Below the pieces are notes generated by a model that had not been told where the DNA came from, ran no database searches, and saw nothing but the letters and a program-made list of their open reading frames with translations. DNA of 64,000 bases, from assembly GCF_006345805.1 (NCBI RefSeq), contig NC_043000.1:24428001-24492000 (forward strand). Reading direction: 5' to 3'. Origin of the DNA: Octopus sinensis (taxonomy: Eukaryota). Shown piece after piece: positions 1 through 12,252 of this stretch (the first letter of the stretch is position 1; every line of letters starts with the position of its first letter). The position numbers and the translations under genes are program-made.

Positions 1-240
1 ATTGCTCAACAGTCCTACAAGAGCCATAACGTATTCTTAGGAGAATGGACATGTGCATGTGTGTGTGCATGCACTACGTTTTATTCACTACAAGCTAGCC
101 ACTCAGTATTCTATAGAAAGCCATGTTTTCACCAGATGCAAAAAAAAAAAAAAAAAAAAGCCTTGATAGTTTTAGAACTGGCATCAGAAGGAAAGAAAAG
201 GACTGCATAAAATTATATGGACAACTGTGTAATTTTACAC

Positions 241-365
241 CTGTTTTGTTTTCTATCATTGCTTTTACTGTTTACATGCTTCTATTTATATAACCCCCAC
301 ATTGTATTGTCCTGTACCGTTCCCAAAGTCTTTTTTTGTGAACCCTTAGTGATAAATAAATAAAG

Positions 366-402
<37 letters not shown>
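241..402 (+). mobile_element. Probable LINE 3' tail
   Basis: T-rich 3'UTR-like sequence ending AATAAATAAA plus (ATT)n. Confidence 0.4.
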
Positions 403-403
<1 letters not shown>

Positions 404-1297
404 CCTTGTCCCTGTTTGAAAAGGATTTATTCATTCATCAACGTTAGTGCCACTCTATTCTTCTCTACATGTTTCGCCCAGGAACCAAATGCACCACCCT
501 TTAACAGTTAAAAAGAAACCAACCAACTTTTGTTCAAAAAACCATTGATTTATATTTAGGTGGTGTTCTAGAATGGCTTTCACTAATTTTTCCCATCGGA
601 TTTATAAATGTTTTTTAACTACATGAAGGGAAGAGAGCAAACTCCTCACATGGGGATGAAATTTGAACCCACCCACTGAAAGTCAATAAAACCTTTCTAG
701 CTATCTTAACAAAAGGACAACAACCACAACAAACCTAAACACTACGTTTGTCAATCAAAACCAAAGTATTTACACCTGGTTGCATAGACATGCACCTGGT
801 TGCACACACATGCACAATATACAGCCTGCCTTTTGCATAGAGATCTATAAATCCTTGTTGTCAAAAGAGATAGAAACTCTAACTTCCATCCATTTCTTAC
901 TCCAACTACAAAGTTCTGACAACAAAACCCCATCTTTTATCTTTTACTTGTTTCAGTCACTGGACTGTGGCCATGCTGGAGTACTACCTCGAAGGGTTTA
1001 ACTTTGCAACAGACTAGCCTGATCAGGGGTAATGTTGGCCTGCTTGCCTAGCCAGTCCAGTGGCATCATACGAAAGCTGAAACAATGCAAAGTGCATCAT
1101 GACCAGTGATGTATAACAACATTTGATAGTCTGGTCAATCATGATATATATATATATATATGCTTTATTTAAAGCAGCAGAATTTTCTGCTGCTTTAAAT
1201 AAAGCATTTTACTCTACCACTGGTATTTGAGTACTCTTTTTTTCCACCTTGTTTCACATTTATGTGTTTACACCGGCATATATATATATATATATAT

Positions 1298-1880
1298 CAT
1301 CATCATCATCATCATCGTTTAGCGTCCGTTTTCCATGCTAGCATGGGTTGGACGGGTCAACTGGGGTCTGTGAAGCTGGAAGGCTTCGTCAGGCCCAGTC
1401 AGATCTGGCAGTGTTTCTATGGCTGGATGCCCTTCCTAACGCCAACCACTCCGCGAGTGTAGTGGGTGTTTTTTACATGCCACCTGCACAGGTGCCAGAC
1501 AGAGCTGGCAAACGGCCACGAACGGATGGTGCTTTTACGTGTCACCGGCACGGGGCCAGGCGATGCTGGCAACGGACATGAACGGATGGTGCTTTTACGT
1601 GCCACCGACACGGTTGCCAGACAGAGCTGGCAAACGGCCACGAGCGGACGGTGCTTTTACGTGTCACCGGCACGGGGGCCAGCCGAGGCTGGCAACGGAC
1701 ACGGACGGATGGTGCTTTTACGTGCCACCGACACGGGGCCAGACAGAGCTGGCAAACGGCCACGAACGGATGGTGCTTTTACGTGTCACCGGCACGGGGG
1801 CCAGCCGAGGCTGGCAACGGACGCGAACAGATGGTGCTTTTACGTGCCACCGACACGGTTGCCAGACAGAGCTGGCAAAC
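1298..1880 (-). mobile_element. RTE 3' tail copy with an expanded internal minisatellite of about 60-nt units
   Basis: (CAT)n-CGTTTAGCGTCCG end; matches the 3'UTR at 58063-58510. Confidence 0.9.
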
Positions 1881-1902
1881 GATATATATATATATATATA
1901 TA

Positions 1903-2287
1903 TTCTTTTATTTGTTTCAGACATTTCACTGTGGCCATGCTGGAGCACCGCCTTTAGTCGGGTAAATCGACCCCAGGACTTATTCTTTGTAAGCTTAGTA
2001 TTTATTCTATCAATCTTTTTTGCCAGACTGCCAAGTTATGGAGACATAAACATGCCAACATCAGTTTTCAAGTGCTGGAGGGGGAAACAAACACAGACAC
2101 ACAAACATACACTTACACACATATACACATATGACAGGCTTCTTTCAGTTTCCATCTACCAAATCCACTCATAAGGCTTTGGTCAGCCCGAGGCTATAGT
2201 AGAAGACACTTGCTTAAGGTGCCATGCAGTGGGACTGAACCTGGAACCATGTGGTTAGTAAGCAAGCTTCTTACCACACAGCCACTC
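1903..2287 (-). mobile_element. SINE family A (tRNA-like head, CORE-like CCTTGGGCAAGTGTC box, central microsatellite), full length
   Basis: Matches other copies end to end; A-box-like TGGCTGTGTGGT and B-box-like GGTTCAGTCCC. Confidence 0.9.
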
Positions 2288-3820
2288 ATCATGTGATTGT
2301 TAATATTTTTTTTGCTGTATAGTGTGTTTCTTTCTTTTTTGCATCTGTGATTTTATTTTTGATCTGGCTTTTTAATAATTTTTTATGTTATATTAAAGTC
2401 ATAGAATATTATGTTATATTATAGTATAAATAAATTATTAGATTGTCAATTGAATCTCTCTATTTAATTCTTTATTTAATTTATTGCTTTTAATATACAC
2501 GCACACATATATATAAGTGATGGGCTTACATAAAGTTTCTTTCAATTAAATTCACTCACAAGGCATTGGTTGGCCTGGGGAGACAAATGCCCAATATGAC
2601 ACAAGACTGAACTGAAAACAAGGTTGGAAAATGAGTTTCTTAACCACACACCCATTCCCATATAAAAAAAAAGAAAAAAAAAGAAAGAAAGAGATAAACT
2701 CACCGTTTGAGTCTTAAAAATCAAAACTGTAATTTGATATCAGTCTCATAATTATGAATTTGTAAAATTAAAAATTAATTATTTTTATCTCAGCCCAGAT
2801 GCACTCTCTACAGGTCTTTATGTATTTGCAATTTACGTCTTTATACATTTGCAATTTACCCCTGGTACTCTAAATAGTTCCCCTCCCCTAATCAACACGA
2901 TCACCAGTTTTATTTAGCTTGATGGTATACATATATAGATTTTTAATATCACTGAAGGAAACTCAAATGTTATTTTATACTTTACATGCATCAATACATC
3001 AAGGAAATTACGGGCCATTATTCTCATGGTAGTTAATGTCGAACACTTGATGTAGATTACATTAACATTGTACTCTATATTTGTAGAGTCTGCTTATTCT
3101 TGTTAATATAATCTGAATTATTTTGTATGATCATCTAAATCAATCAATATGACATTTGTTGTAAGGGCTTGACACAATTTTGCAAGATTAACCCATAAAG
3201 CGCTGGGATTTGCTCTTTCATAGCATGGAGTGCTGAGCACATTTTATGAAAATGAGACTACCTTGCACAGATAAAAAACAAAAAAATAGTTAAAATATCT
3301 TCTTAGTATATAATGGTGGCAAGTTTTACATCATCTGAAAAGTCATTAGTTGAACTATTAGTCCTCTTGCATTCTGAGGAGTATTGGAGAGTTTGAGTGA
3401 CATTAGACCCCAACAAACGCCCATAAATTAAATGCATCTACCTGGGCCACGATTGTGGCCTGTTGACCTGTGCCTGACAGCCACAATCATGGCCTGTCTC
3501 GCTTTGTGTGTTAAATTAGCAGAAATAATTTACAATTTACACACGTTTTTATCTTTTTACTTGTATCAGTCATTGGACTGTGGCCAAGCTGGGGCACTAT
3601 CTTGAAGGGTTTAGTTGAACAAGTCAGTACTCATTCTGTTGGTTTCTTTTGCTTATGGAAAACAAAACCAATGCTAGTTGTCAAGCAGTAGGGGTGGGGG
3701 AGGGGACAGCAAACCATCTCACATTTCACATGGCTTTTGATGTTGCACTAATTAGGTTAGGCAAATGGCAATGTTGTCTTCAAGTAGCTATTGTTTGAAT
3801 GCTTTTTTTTTTTTTTTCAG

Positions 3821-3921
3821 TTCCCTTCATGGCTTGGACTGGTGCACATTGTGTGTTTGCTGCTGAAGCATTTGTCAACCTGTTAAATGTAGGAGTTTTT
3901 TTTTTTTTTTTGCAGCACCTT
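3821..3921 (+). CDS. Candidate exon of plus-strand gene 1 (xPFMAWTGAHCVFAAEAFVNLLN...); may end at 3888 or 3921
   Basis: T16-CAG acceptor at 3819-3820; open frame in phase 1; donors GTAGGA at 3889 and GTAAGT at 3922 both leave phase 0, compatible with the exon at 12682. Confidence 0.3.
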
Positions 3922-5442
3922 GTAAGTGTGTGTTTGTGTGTAAATTAAGCGAAGTAAGCTTTCACTGAAAGAGGTAGGACAAGCGACAATTTCAAATACC
4001 AGTAAAAACCACTATATTGAATAAATTAAGAGACTCATCATTGGTATAAACTAAAATAATTAAATTATTAAGACTATTGTAGCCAACAGAATATGTCCCA
4101 CTAATACAGAAGAAAAAAGTCTAAGAACTTAATGTTCTTAATTAAATTCAATAATGATTAATGATCCAAAATATCTAGTATTGGTACTCTTCGAATATAT
4201 GGAGTTGATTTGTGTTCAAAATATATTGGATATCAGCCTTAACCATTCCAGCTGAATCAGATGTTATGACCTAGATTGGCTAGCTCAAAAATTCAAAGTA
4301 ATTTTCAAGTATAGCACAGCAGGTACACTGTGATATGATAGGGAATGATTTGGGGCCATTTTGTTGTCATATAATACTTATGTTATTAACTTTAAGGATC
4401 AAGTTAATTTTGGCAGAAATTTAACTGATATATAAACTGCCTTTTCAAGAAAATATGTGCCCATCCTAATCTTAGATTTGGTTTAATGCTTTAATGTCTT
4501 TTAGACATTGCAGCTAAGGCCAGCCTGGAGCAACATCATTAATTTGAATGGAACATTATTAATTTATTGTTGTATTCCGGGATGGTCTTTTCTTTTCTTT
4601 TTTGTCAAATAAACGCATGCACTATATATATATATATATATATATATGTTCTCTTCACTTGTTTATTACTGTTCTTATTTTATTACTTTAACTCATGTCC
4701 ATTGTCCAGAAATCTTTCATCACACATCTGTGACCTCTTCAGCAACACTTTTTGTTTCCGTGTGTGTTCTTGCTTCACTTACTCCATTCTCCCAAAATAA
4801 AACAATATCTGTTTCAACACATGATTTCACATCAGGAATCTTGCAAAATGAATTATTAATTTAGCTTTCTGTCCATAAAAATGCTGTTTCCAGCATTTGG
4901 TATTCAATTTTTAAGACAAAGGGCAGCTGAAAGCAACATCTAACTTGGCAGAAATTCATTTTATAGCAAAATTTAGGCACTGCGTTATTAGCAAACTTGT
5001 ATAAAAGCTCACTCATTGCCTCTGTTCTGTGTTTAAGTAATTTAATCAGGTGAAATATAGAGCATATTTTGAATGAGTGATTAAACCAGGATTATAAGCA
5101 TATAGAAAATTAGGCAAAGCAAGAAATAAAATAAAATAAAATAAAATAAAATGAATAAATAAAATGAACTTGATTTAACATAGCAGAAAATATTCTAGAT
5201 ATGAAATCAAAGTATTAAGTTAATGTAACATGAACATACTAAAAATCATGTGATTAAGAAACTTTGCATGTGCATATCTGCATGTACACATTAGGCTTAA
5301 TCTGTGAAAATATACCAGATGGAAACTAATATTCAAGCAGTTGCAAAAATGACCAAGATGATAGTCTGAAGGCACTGACTTAATCCAGCTCATAAGACAA
5401 TCTTGGGACATTTATAGTCTTCCATTATTATTTATTTGAAAA

Positions 5443-5640
5443 AGGCAGTGAGCTGGTAGAATTGTTAGCATGCCAGACAAAACGCTTAATGGCATATCGT
5501 CTGCTTATAAATTCTGAGTTCAAATTCCACAGAGCTGACTTTCTCTTTCATGCTTTTGGGGGTTGATAGAATAAGTACCAGTTGTATACCAGGGTCAATG
5601 TAATCAACTAGCCCTTCCCCCCAAATTTCAGGCCTAGTGA
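5443..5640 (+). mobile_element. SINE family B (tRNA-like head, Meta-domain-like TTTGCCTTTCATCCTTTCGGGGTCGATAAA core), diverged
   Basis: Similar to the copies at 33000 and 49609; B-box-like GAGTTCAAATTCC. Confidence 0.75.
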
Positions 5641-5862
5641 TATTTATTTGTAAAGTACTCCTGGAGTAGAGTGCATTTACAAAGTTACAAAGGCTGAAAC
5701 TGTTTCAATCTCGAGATACTAAAGGTCAAATATGGCTCCACATTTATCAAAATCCTCGAATATGGCTCCTAAGCCCACAACTTTGAGTGCTCGTAGAATC
5801 AGAACCCTATATAATTAGGACCTGAAGTTTTCAGGATTGACTAGGCATAAGATTTATTTCAT

Positions 5863-6090
5863 TTAACCCTTTAGTGTTCAAATTACTCTGACAAATGTAA
5901 AGCTTAATTGTTCATATTATTTTGAATTAATCCTGTATTATCTCATAGATTTGAGATTTTGTTGACACTACAGTCTATATTTAGAATGACATAATAGGAT
6001 CAGTGTGAGAGACTAGATCTGACCAGTTTGAACGTAAAACAGGAGGCATATTTAGGCCAGATATGGCCAGTTTAAATGTTAAAGAGTTAA
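5863..6090. mobile_element. piggyBac-type MITE family 1
   Basis: TTAA-CCCTTTAG...TAAAGAG-TTAA ends; related copies at 37007-37649, 40870-41106 and 28706-28746. Confidence 0.7.
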
Positions 6091-6751
6091 GGCAATTTCA
6101 AAGATCATTCTCAAGTTTGGTTCACAATTAGCTGGAATGCCCTAAGAGTTTAATCTCACCTTTATCTAACTTGGTTATAATCTTTTAAGAAAAAGTTAAC
6201 TGCAACAGACTAGCTTCTGTCCAAAGAGAGAGATTTGTCACTCATCTGTTTCATGTTACAGATACCGTATTGAAGGATTAACTTTACATTCTTGAAGTTA
6301 AAGTGCTACAGGAGGAAAAGCAAATATGGAAAGGACAACAAATGGGAAAACAACTAAAACGTGTAGCTATTAGTATCCCTACATAACTCTGGTTGATATG
6401 TTCTTTTAGACTTCCTTATAGGGTGTAAAATGACAAGATGAAAAAATATAAATGAAAACAAAATAAACAGACACACACACACATTTCAAATATGCTGAAA
6501 ATATTTCAAGAAATTGGTTAAACAGATTTATTTTGGAATTTTACAAGTATTCTATAAAAAATAAATAGAGTTTTTTTTAAATATATAATATTTCTAAAAT
6601 TATATTTTAATTATAAAGATTAGTTGCTGCAGATGACAAACGTTAGGGAATGTAAAATAAGGCTTATAACTGGGATTTCAGTAATCACTATAAAACCTTT
6701 AGAAGAGAAGTAGGGAGCTATAAATTTGTTAAAATACTGCTGTGTTTTATA

Positions 6752-6825
6752 TTTTAAATTTATAATACCATAAAAGAAATTGAAGCTCAAACTTAAATTT
6801 ATAATACCATAAAAGAAACTGAAGG
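6752..6825. repeat. Short tandem duplication
   Basis: TTAAATTTATAATACCATAAAAGAAAYTGAAG occurs twice. Confidence 0.85.
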
Positions 6826-7486
6826 ATGTGGGTTTTTCTCACTATGTAATTTATACATGGGCAAGTGTTTTCATCTAAAACCCTTGGGACAACCACAATA
6901 CTTTGTTGAATGAATTTGGTGGACAGAAACTCTGTGGAAATGCATTGTTTATATGTATAAGTTTGTGAATGTGTATGTATTATATATATATTATATGTGT
7001 GTATGAATGTCTGTATATACGTCATACCACCATTTAATGTCCTAGGACATGAACCAAAACTTAAGACGGAAAAAACATTGTTCTTATTTAGCCACAAGTA
7101 AATGCTGATCAAAATGAGCTATGATCAAAGACATTCCAGTTGTGGCTATCCCAACTTTATATGGGTATACATGGTTACATTATCTAATGTATCCTTTTCT
7201 TTCTCAAGACTGTAGGATGTAATTTGGGGAAGCAACTGGCTGCTATTTCTAGCAGGTCAAATGAGAGAGTAGAGGTTTCTGTGTTGGCCCAGAATGTCTC
7301 ATATTTATTTATGTTTTAGTATTTTAGACAAATAAACTGCGACATTCTACAGTATGAAAACAGAGAAAAAGAACCAAAGCCCAGCAAGCTTTATCCTGAC
7401 CTCATTCAAAAAAATGAAACTTGCCTTTCTTGGAAATAATTTAATATTTCTTAGTATTTTCCACAAAACTGACAAATTCACTTAGC

Positions 7487-9414
7487 TTTTCTTTCTTTTC
7501 TTTTTTTTGGTAAAGCTAGATCTTTAATTTATCAACATAATTTAAACTTTTCTTTCACTAAAAAATACCATCCTTTACAAATATCTTATCTAATTTTATC
7601 ATGTCAATTATACACCTCATTGAGATGAATTTGACCAAGATAAGTCATTTTACTAACAATAACAACAGCTTCACTAAGTAGTCATGACAGAACAAACCCC
7701 TGTACACTTAAAAGTGCTTTTTTAAAAAAAAAATCCCCTTTCATTTTCCAGTGTTTCTTTTTTTAAACTTTTTTTTATATATATCTACTCTAAGTAAATA
7801 TATCATCACTTGGAAGGGAAACAGGCAGCCACTGGTTTTATCCATAATAATCAGATAAAGAAGGAAATTTCATGAGTTTCTCTTTTAAGTAAGATAAGAC
7901 ATGATGGTTATCAAACTTAGAGGTTTATCAGCAGTAGTGCTAATTATTGATAAGATCCGCTCTCAGAATATGACATAGGGGAGCACTGTGGGGTGTGAGG
8001 GTATTTAGTAAAGACATTAGACCTAACTCAGAGTATTTCGATGTGTCGATGTACTTTTATGCATTTAGAAAAGGGCAGGTTTGAATGAAGAATTAAATAA
8101 GGACAAGATTGTCAAGATTACTTTCTTTTCTTTCTTTTTTTTGGTAAAGCTAGATCTTTAATTTATCAACATAATTTAAACTTTTCTTTCACTAAAAAAT
8201 ACCATCCTTTACAAATATCTTATCTAATTTTATCATGTCAATTATACACCTCATTGAGATGAATTTGACCAAGATAAGTCATTTTACTAACAATAACAAC
8301 AGCTTCACTAAGTAGTCATGACAGAACAAACCCCTGTACACTTAAAAGTGCTTTTTTAAAAAAAAAATCCCCTTTCATTTTCCAGTGTTTCTTTTTTTAA
8401 ACTTTTTTTTATATATATCTACTCTAAGTAAATATATCATCACTTGGAAGGGAAACAGGCAGCCACTGGTTTTATCCATAATAATCAGATAAAGAAGGAA
8501 ATTTCATGAGTTTCTCTTTTAAGTAAGATAAGACATGATGGTTATCAAACTTAGAGGTTTATCAGCAGTAGTGCTAATTATTGATAAGATCCGCTCTCAG
8601 AATATGACATAGGGGAGCACTGTGGGGTGTGAGGGTATTTAGTAAAGACATTAGACCTAACTCAGAGTATTTCGATGTGTCGATGTACTTTTATGCATTT
8701 AGAAAAGGGCAGGTTTGAATGAAGAATTAAATAAGGACAAGATTGTCAAGATTACTTTCTTTTCTTTCTTTTTTTTGGTAAAGCTAGATCTTTAATTTAT
8801 CAACATAATTTAAACTTTTCTTTCACTAAAAAATACCATCCTTTACAAATATCTTATCTAATTTTATCATGTCAATTATACACCTCATTGAGATGAATTT
8901 GACCAAGATAAGTCATTTTACTAACAATAACAACAGCTTCACTAAGTAGTCATGACAGAACAAACCCCTGTACACTTAAAAGTGCTTTTTTAAAAAAAAA
9001 ATCCCCTTTCATTTTCCAGTGTTTCTTTTTTTAAACTTTTTTTTATATATATCTACTCTAAGTAAATATATCATCACTTGGAAGGGAAACAGGCAGCCAC
9101 TGGTTTTATCCATAATAATCAGATAAAGAAGGAAATTCATGAGTTTCTCTTTTAAGTAAGATAAGACATGATGGTTATCAAACTTAGAGGTTTATCAGCA
9201 GTAGTGCTAATTATTGATAAGATCCGCTCTCAGAATATGACATAGGGGAGCACTGTGGGGTGTGAGGGTATTTAGTAAAGACATTAGACCTAACTCAGAG
9301 TATTTCGATGTGTCGATGTACTTTTATGCATTTAGAAAAGGGCAGGTTTGAATGAAGAATTAAATAAGGACAAGATTGTCAAGATTACTTTCTTTTCTTT
9401 TCTTTTTTTTTTGG
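7487..9414. repeat. Tandem triplication, unit about 634 bp
   Basis: TTGG(T/C)AA junctions at 7509, 8143, 8777 and 9413; copies nearly identical. Confidence 0.97.
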
Positions 9415-9439
9415 CAATGAATTCCCTAATTGAGAATCA

Positions 9440-9693
9440 TCTATTATCTTGTTTCAGTTATTGGACTGTTGCCATGCTGGGGCACCACCTTGCAGGGTTT
9501 TAGTCGGACAAATCAATCCTAGTAATTATGTTTTATTTATTTATTTATTTATTTATTTTTGTTTTCAAGTTGGGCACTTATTCTCTTGGTCTCTTTTCCT
9601 GAAGCACTAAGTTATAAGGACATAAACAAACCAACACCAGTTGTCAAGCTATAGAAGCAAGAAACAAACACAAGCACACAAATGTAATTCTTT

Positions 9694-9732
<39 letters not shown>

Positions 9733-9914
9733 AATTTTTAAATTTTATATATTTTGTATATTATATTAATTATTTTTAATTTTATGTTTTGGTTTATGTT
9801 TTTCACTGTTTGATTTGCCTAATAGTGGTTTTATCTCTAATTTAATTTAATTTATATATATATATATACATAACTGGCTTCCACACACACATATATATAT
9901 ATATAACTGGCTTC

Positions 9915-9954
<40 letters not shown>

Positions 9955-9963
9955 ACAGGCTTC

Positions 9964-9998
<35 letters not shown>

Positions 9999-10155
9999 GA
10001 CAGGCTTCCACATAGTTTCCATCTACCAGATTTAGTTATAAGGCATTGGTCAGCTTGAGGCTATAATGGAAGACACTTGTTCAAGGTCTCATGCAGCAGG
10101 ACTAAACTTGAAACCATGTATTAAGAAAACAAGATTCTTAACCACACAATTATGC
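9440..10155 (-). mobile_element. SINE family A with expanded central microsatellite
   Basis: Tail 9440-9680, head 9998-10155. Confidence 0.8.
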
Positions 10156-11064
10156 TTAATGCCTACAAATACAGAATTTGTCGTCTCTGGAGGTTGTTAA
10201 ATTGAATTAGCTCTAATTAATTGATTGACATATGCTGCAAGAACCTGCCCTTCACCTGCCCAGGTAGCAACACAGCTGTTTTACCTCTATTCAGCAACTG
10301 CTGGGATGAATCATAAAAGTACATCTCTTTAGAAACCTAAAAGTAAGATATTCACAACTACAACAAAAATGAAAACAATCACCACCACCACCACCACCAC
10401 CACCACCGCCACCACCACCACCACCACAATGTGGCCTCTTACAGATAAGAAGTATGACTTACTAGGTAGTGGGTATGACCTACTGAGAGCAGACCCACGT
10501 TGAATCCTTTGAGGCAACGGCACGTCTGATGAAAATAAAATAATTTGGTTACAATTTCATTTGGAATTAAAATCTACCATAAAAGATGTGTGTATATATT
10601 TTAAAACAATGTTCAATTTAGAATTCAATTAATTATACTTACCAGTTAGAATAATTCTTATAATTACTTTATGATATTGTTATATTAGAATCATTATTAT
10701 TATTATAATAACTAGAGTGTTACCCATCATATGATAGGGAACTTGGGAAGAATAATTTTTCTCTCCATGGGTAATATCAGGAAATATAGCAGACATAAAA
10801 TAATTACAATTTAACTTTTATCAAAATTTTTGGTGTTTATACAAAATAATGAAATGAATACTAATTTTCATAAGAAAAATATTTATTACCTTAAAATAAA
10901 ATTGAATAAAATAAATTTAACATTTGTATATTTGCAATAAATGTATGATTTTGTTTTTCTAAATTTTACCAATATCATCACAATCTCTGCCACCATAAAC
11001 CTATCTCTGATCTGCACATGAAAAAAATGTGTGTTTTGCAGGAAGTAATGACACTCATCTCTCA

Positions 11065-11155
11065 ATGCTCTCTCTATCTCTCTTTTATTCTCTCTCCCCA
11101 TCTCTCACTCTCTCTATCTCTCTTTTATTCTCTCTCCCCATCTCTCACTCTCTCT
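11065..11155. repeat. Two tandem copies of a CT-rich unit of about 40 bp
   Basis: CTCTCTCTATCTCTCTTTTATTCTCTCTCCCCATCTCTCA occurs twice. Confidence 0.9.
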
Positions 11156-11209
11156 AAAATCATGTAAAGTGTGACTGGAGAAACCAACCAACCAGCCAAC
11201 ACCACCATC

Positions 11210-11615
11210 ACCATCATTTAACCACTCGAGCCCCGTGCTAGTAGGGTGTTAAGAGCACCATCTGAGCATGATCATTGCCAGAGCGGCTAACTGACCTCCC
11301 TGCCAGTGGCACGTGAAAGACACCATTCAAGCGTGATCATTACCAGCATCGCCTTACTGGCACCTGTGCTGGTGGCATGTGTAAAAGATTTGTGCGAGGT
11401 CATTGCCAGTACTGCCTGACTGGCCCCGTGCCGGTTGCACATAAAAGCACCCACTACACTGACAGAGTGGTTGGCATTAGGAAGGGCATCCAGCTGTAGA
11501 AACTCTGCCAGATTAAGATTGAAACCTGGTGCAGCCATCTGGTTCGCCAGCCCTCAGTCAAATTGTCCAACCCATGCTAGCATGGAAAGCGGACGTTAAA
11601 CGATGATGATGATGT
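11210..11615 (+). mobile_element. RTE 3' tail copy
   Basis: Ends GGACGTTAAACGATGATGATGATG. Confidence 0.9.
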
Positions 11616-12167
11616 TTCATGCTGACATGGGTGTTGGACAATTTGACAAGATCTGACAAGTCAGAAGACTGTGTTGTGCTCTTCCTTGGCTCAGTCACTT
11701 ATGCCCTTCCTAACACCAACCACCAACGAGAATTATTCCACTATTTCAATCAACTGACCTGCATACTTATTGAATTATAGTTCATATGGTAGTGTGTTCC
11801 ACAGATACAACTACCCTGAGCAGGGTACACAGATGGAGTCAGTATGACACTGTGTGACAAGATGGCCCTTTGAATCAAGGTGTCCTAAGACATGGGCAGA
11901 CTGGACATTCTTCTGATGACCCTGTGGCTTGAGAGACCATTGATAATCTATGTTTACTGTGTTTTTCTGTTAATAAATAATGCTATAAAATTATTGGTGT
12001 TAAGAAGGGTATCCAGCTGTAGAAGCCATGCTGAAGCGGACAGAGGAACGTGATGCAGCCTTTAAACCAACTGGATTCTGTCAAACCATCCAATCTATGC
12101 CATCTTGGACACTAAATGCTGATGAACTAAATACTACAGGCCCCAGTGCATTGTTTTGCTGCAGGGC

Positions 12168-12252
12168 CTATAATACTGTTAATCAGCCCTATAATACTGT
12201 TAATACAGCCCTATAATACTATAATACTGTATAATACTGTTAATCAGCCCTA
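12168..12252. repeat. About 21-bp tandem repeats
   Basis: CTATAATACTGTTAATCAGCC repeated with variants. Confidence 0.8.

Noticed and set aside
1460-1880. CRISPR-like periodic array
   Set aside because: The spacers are themselves repeated, the array lies in a LINE 3'UTR, and the context is eukaryotic with no cas genes
1466-2174. Long overlapping ORFs up to 211 aa
   Set aside because: They are translations of the RTE-tail minisatellite and SINE A; the same peptides recur at every tail copy
2986-3028. Possible first coding exon of gene 1 (MHQYIKEITGHYSH, phase 1 donor GTAGTT)
   Set aside because: Phase fits, but the donor and acceptor are weak and the sequence is AT-rich; not supportable
4717-4850. 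Minus-strand ORF with DIVLFWENG, faintly like Cys-loop receptors
   Set aside because: In-frame stop upstream, no Cys-loop motif, and no convincing acceptor
10526-10560. CTGATGA hammerhead core
   Set aside because: No stem II or GAAA-N-UH follows
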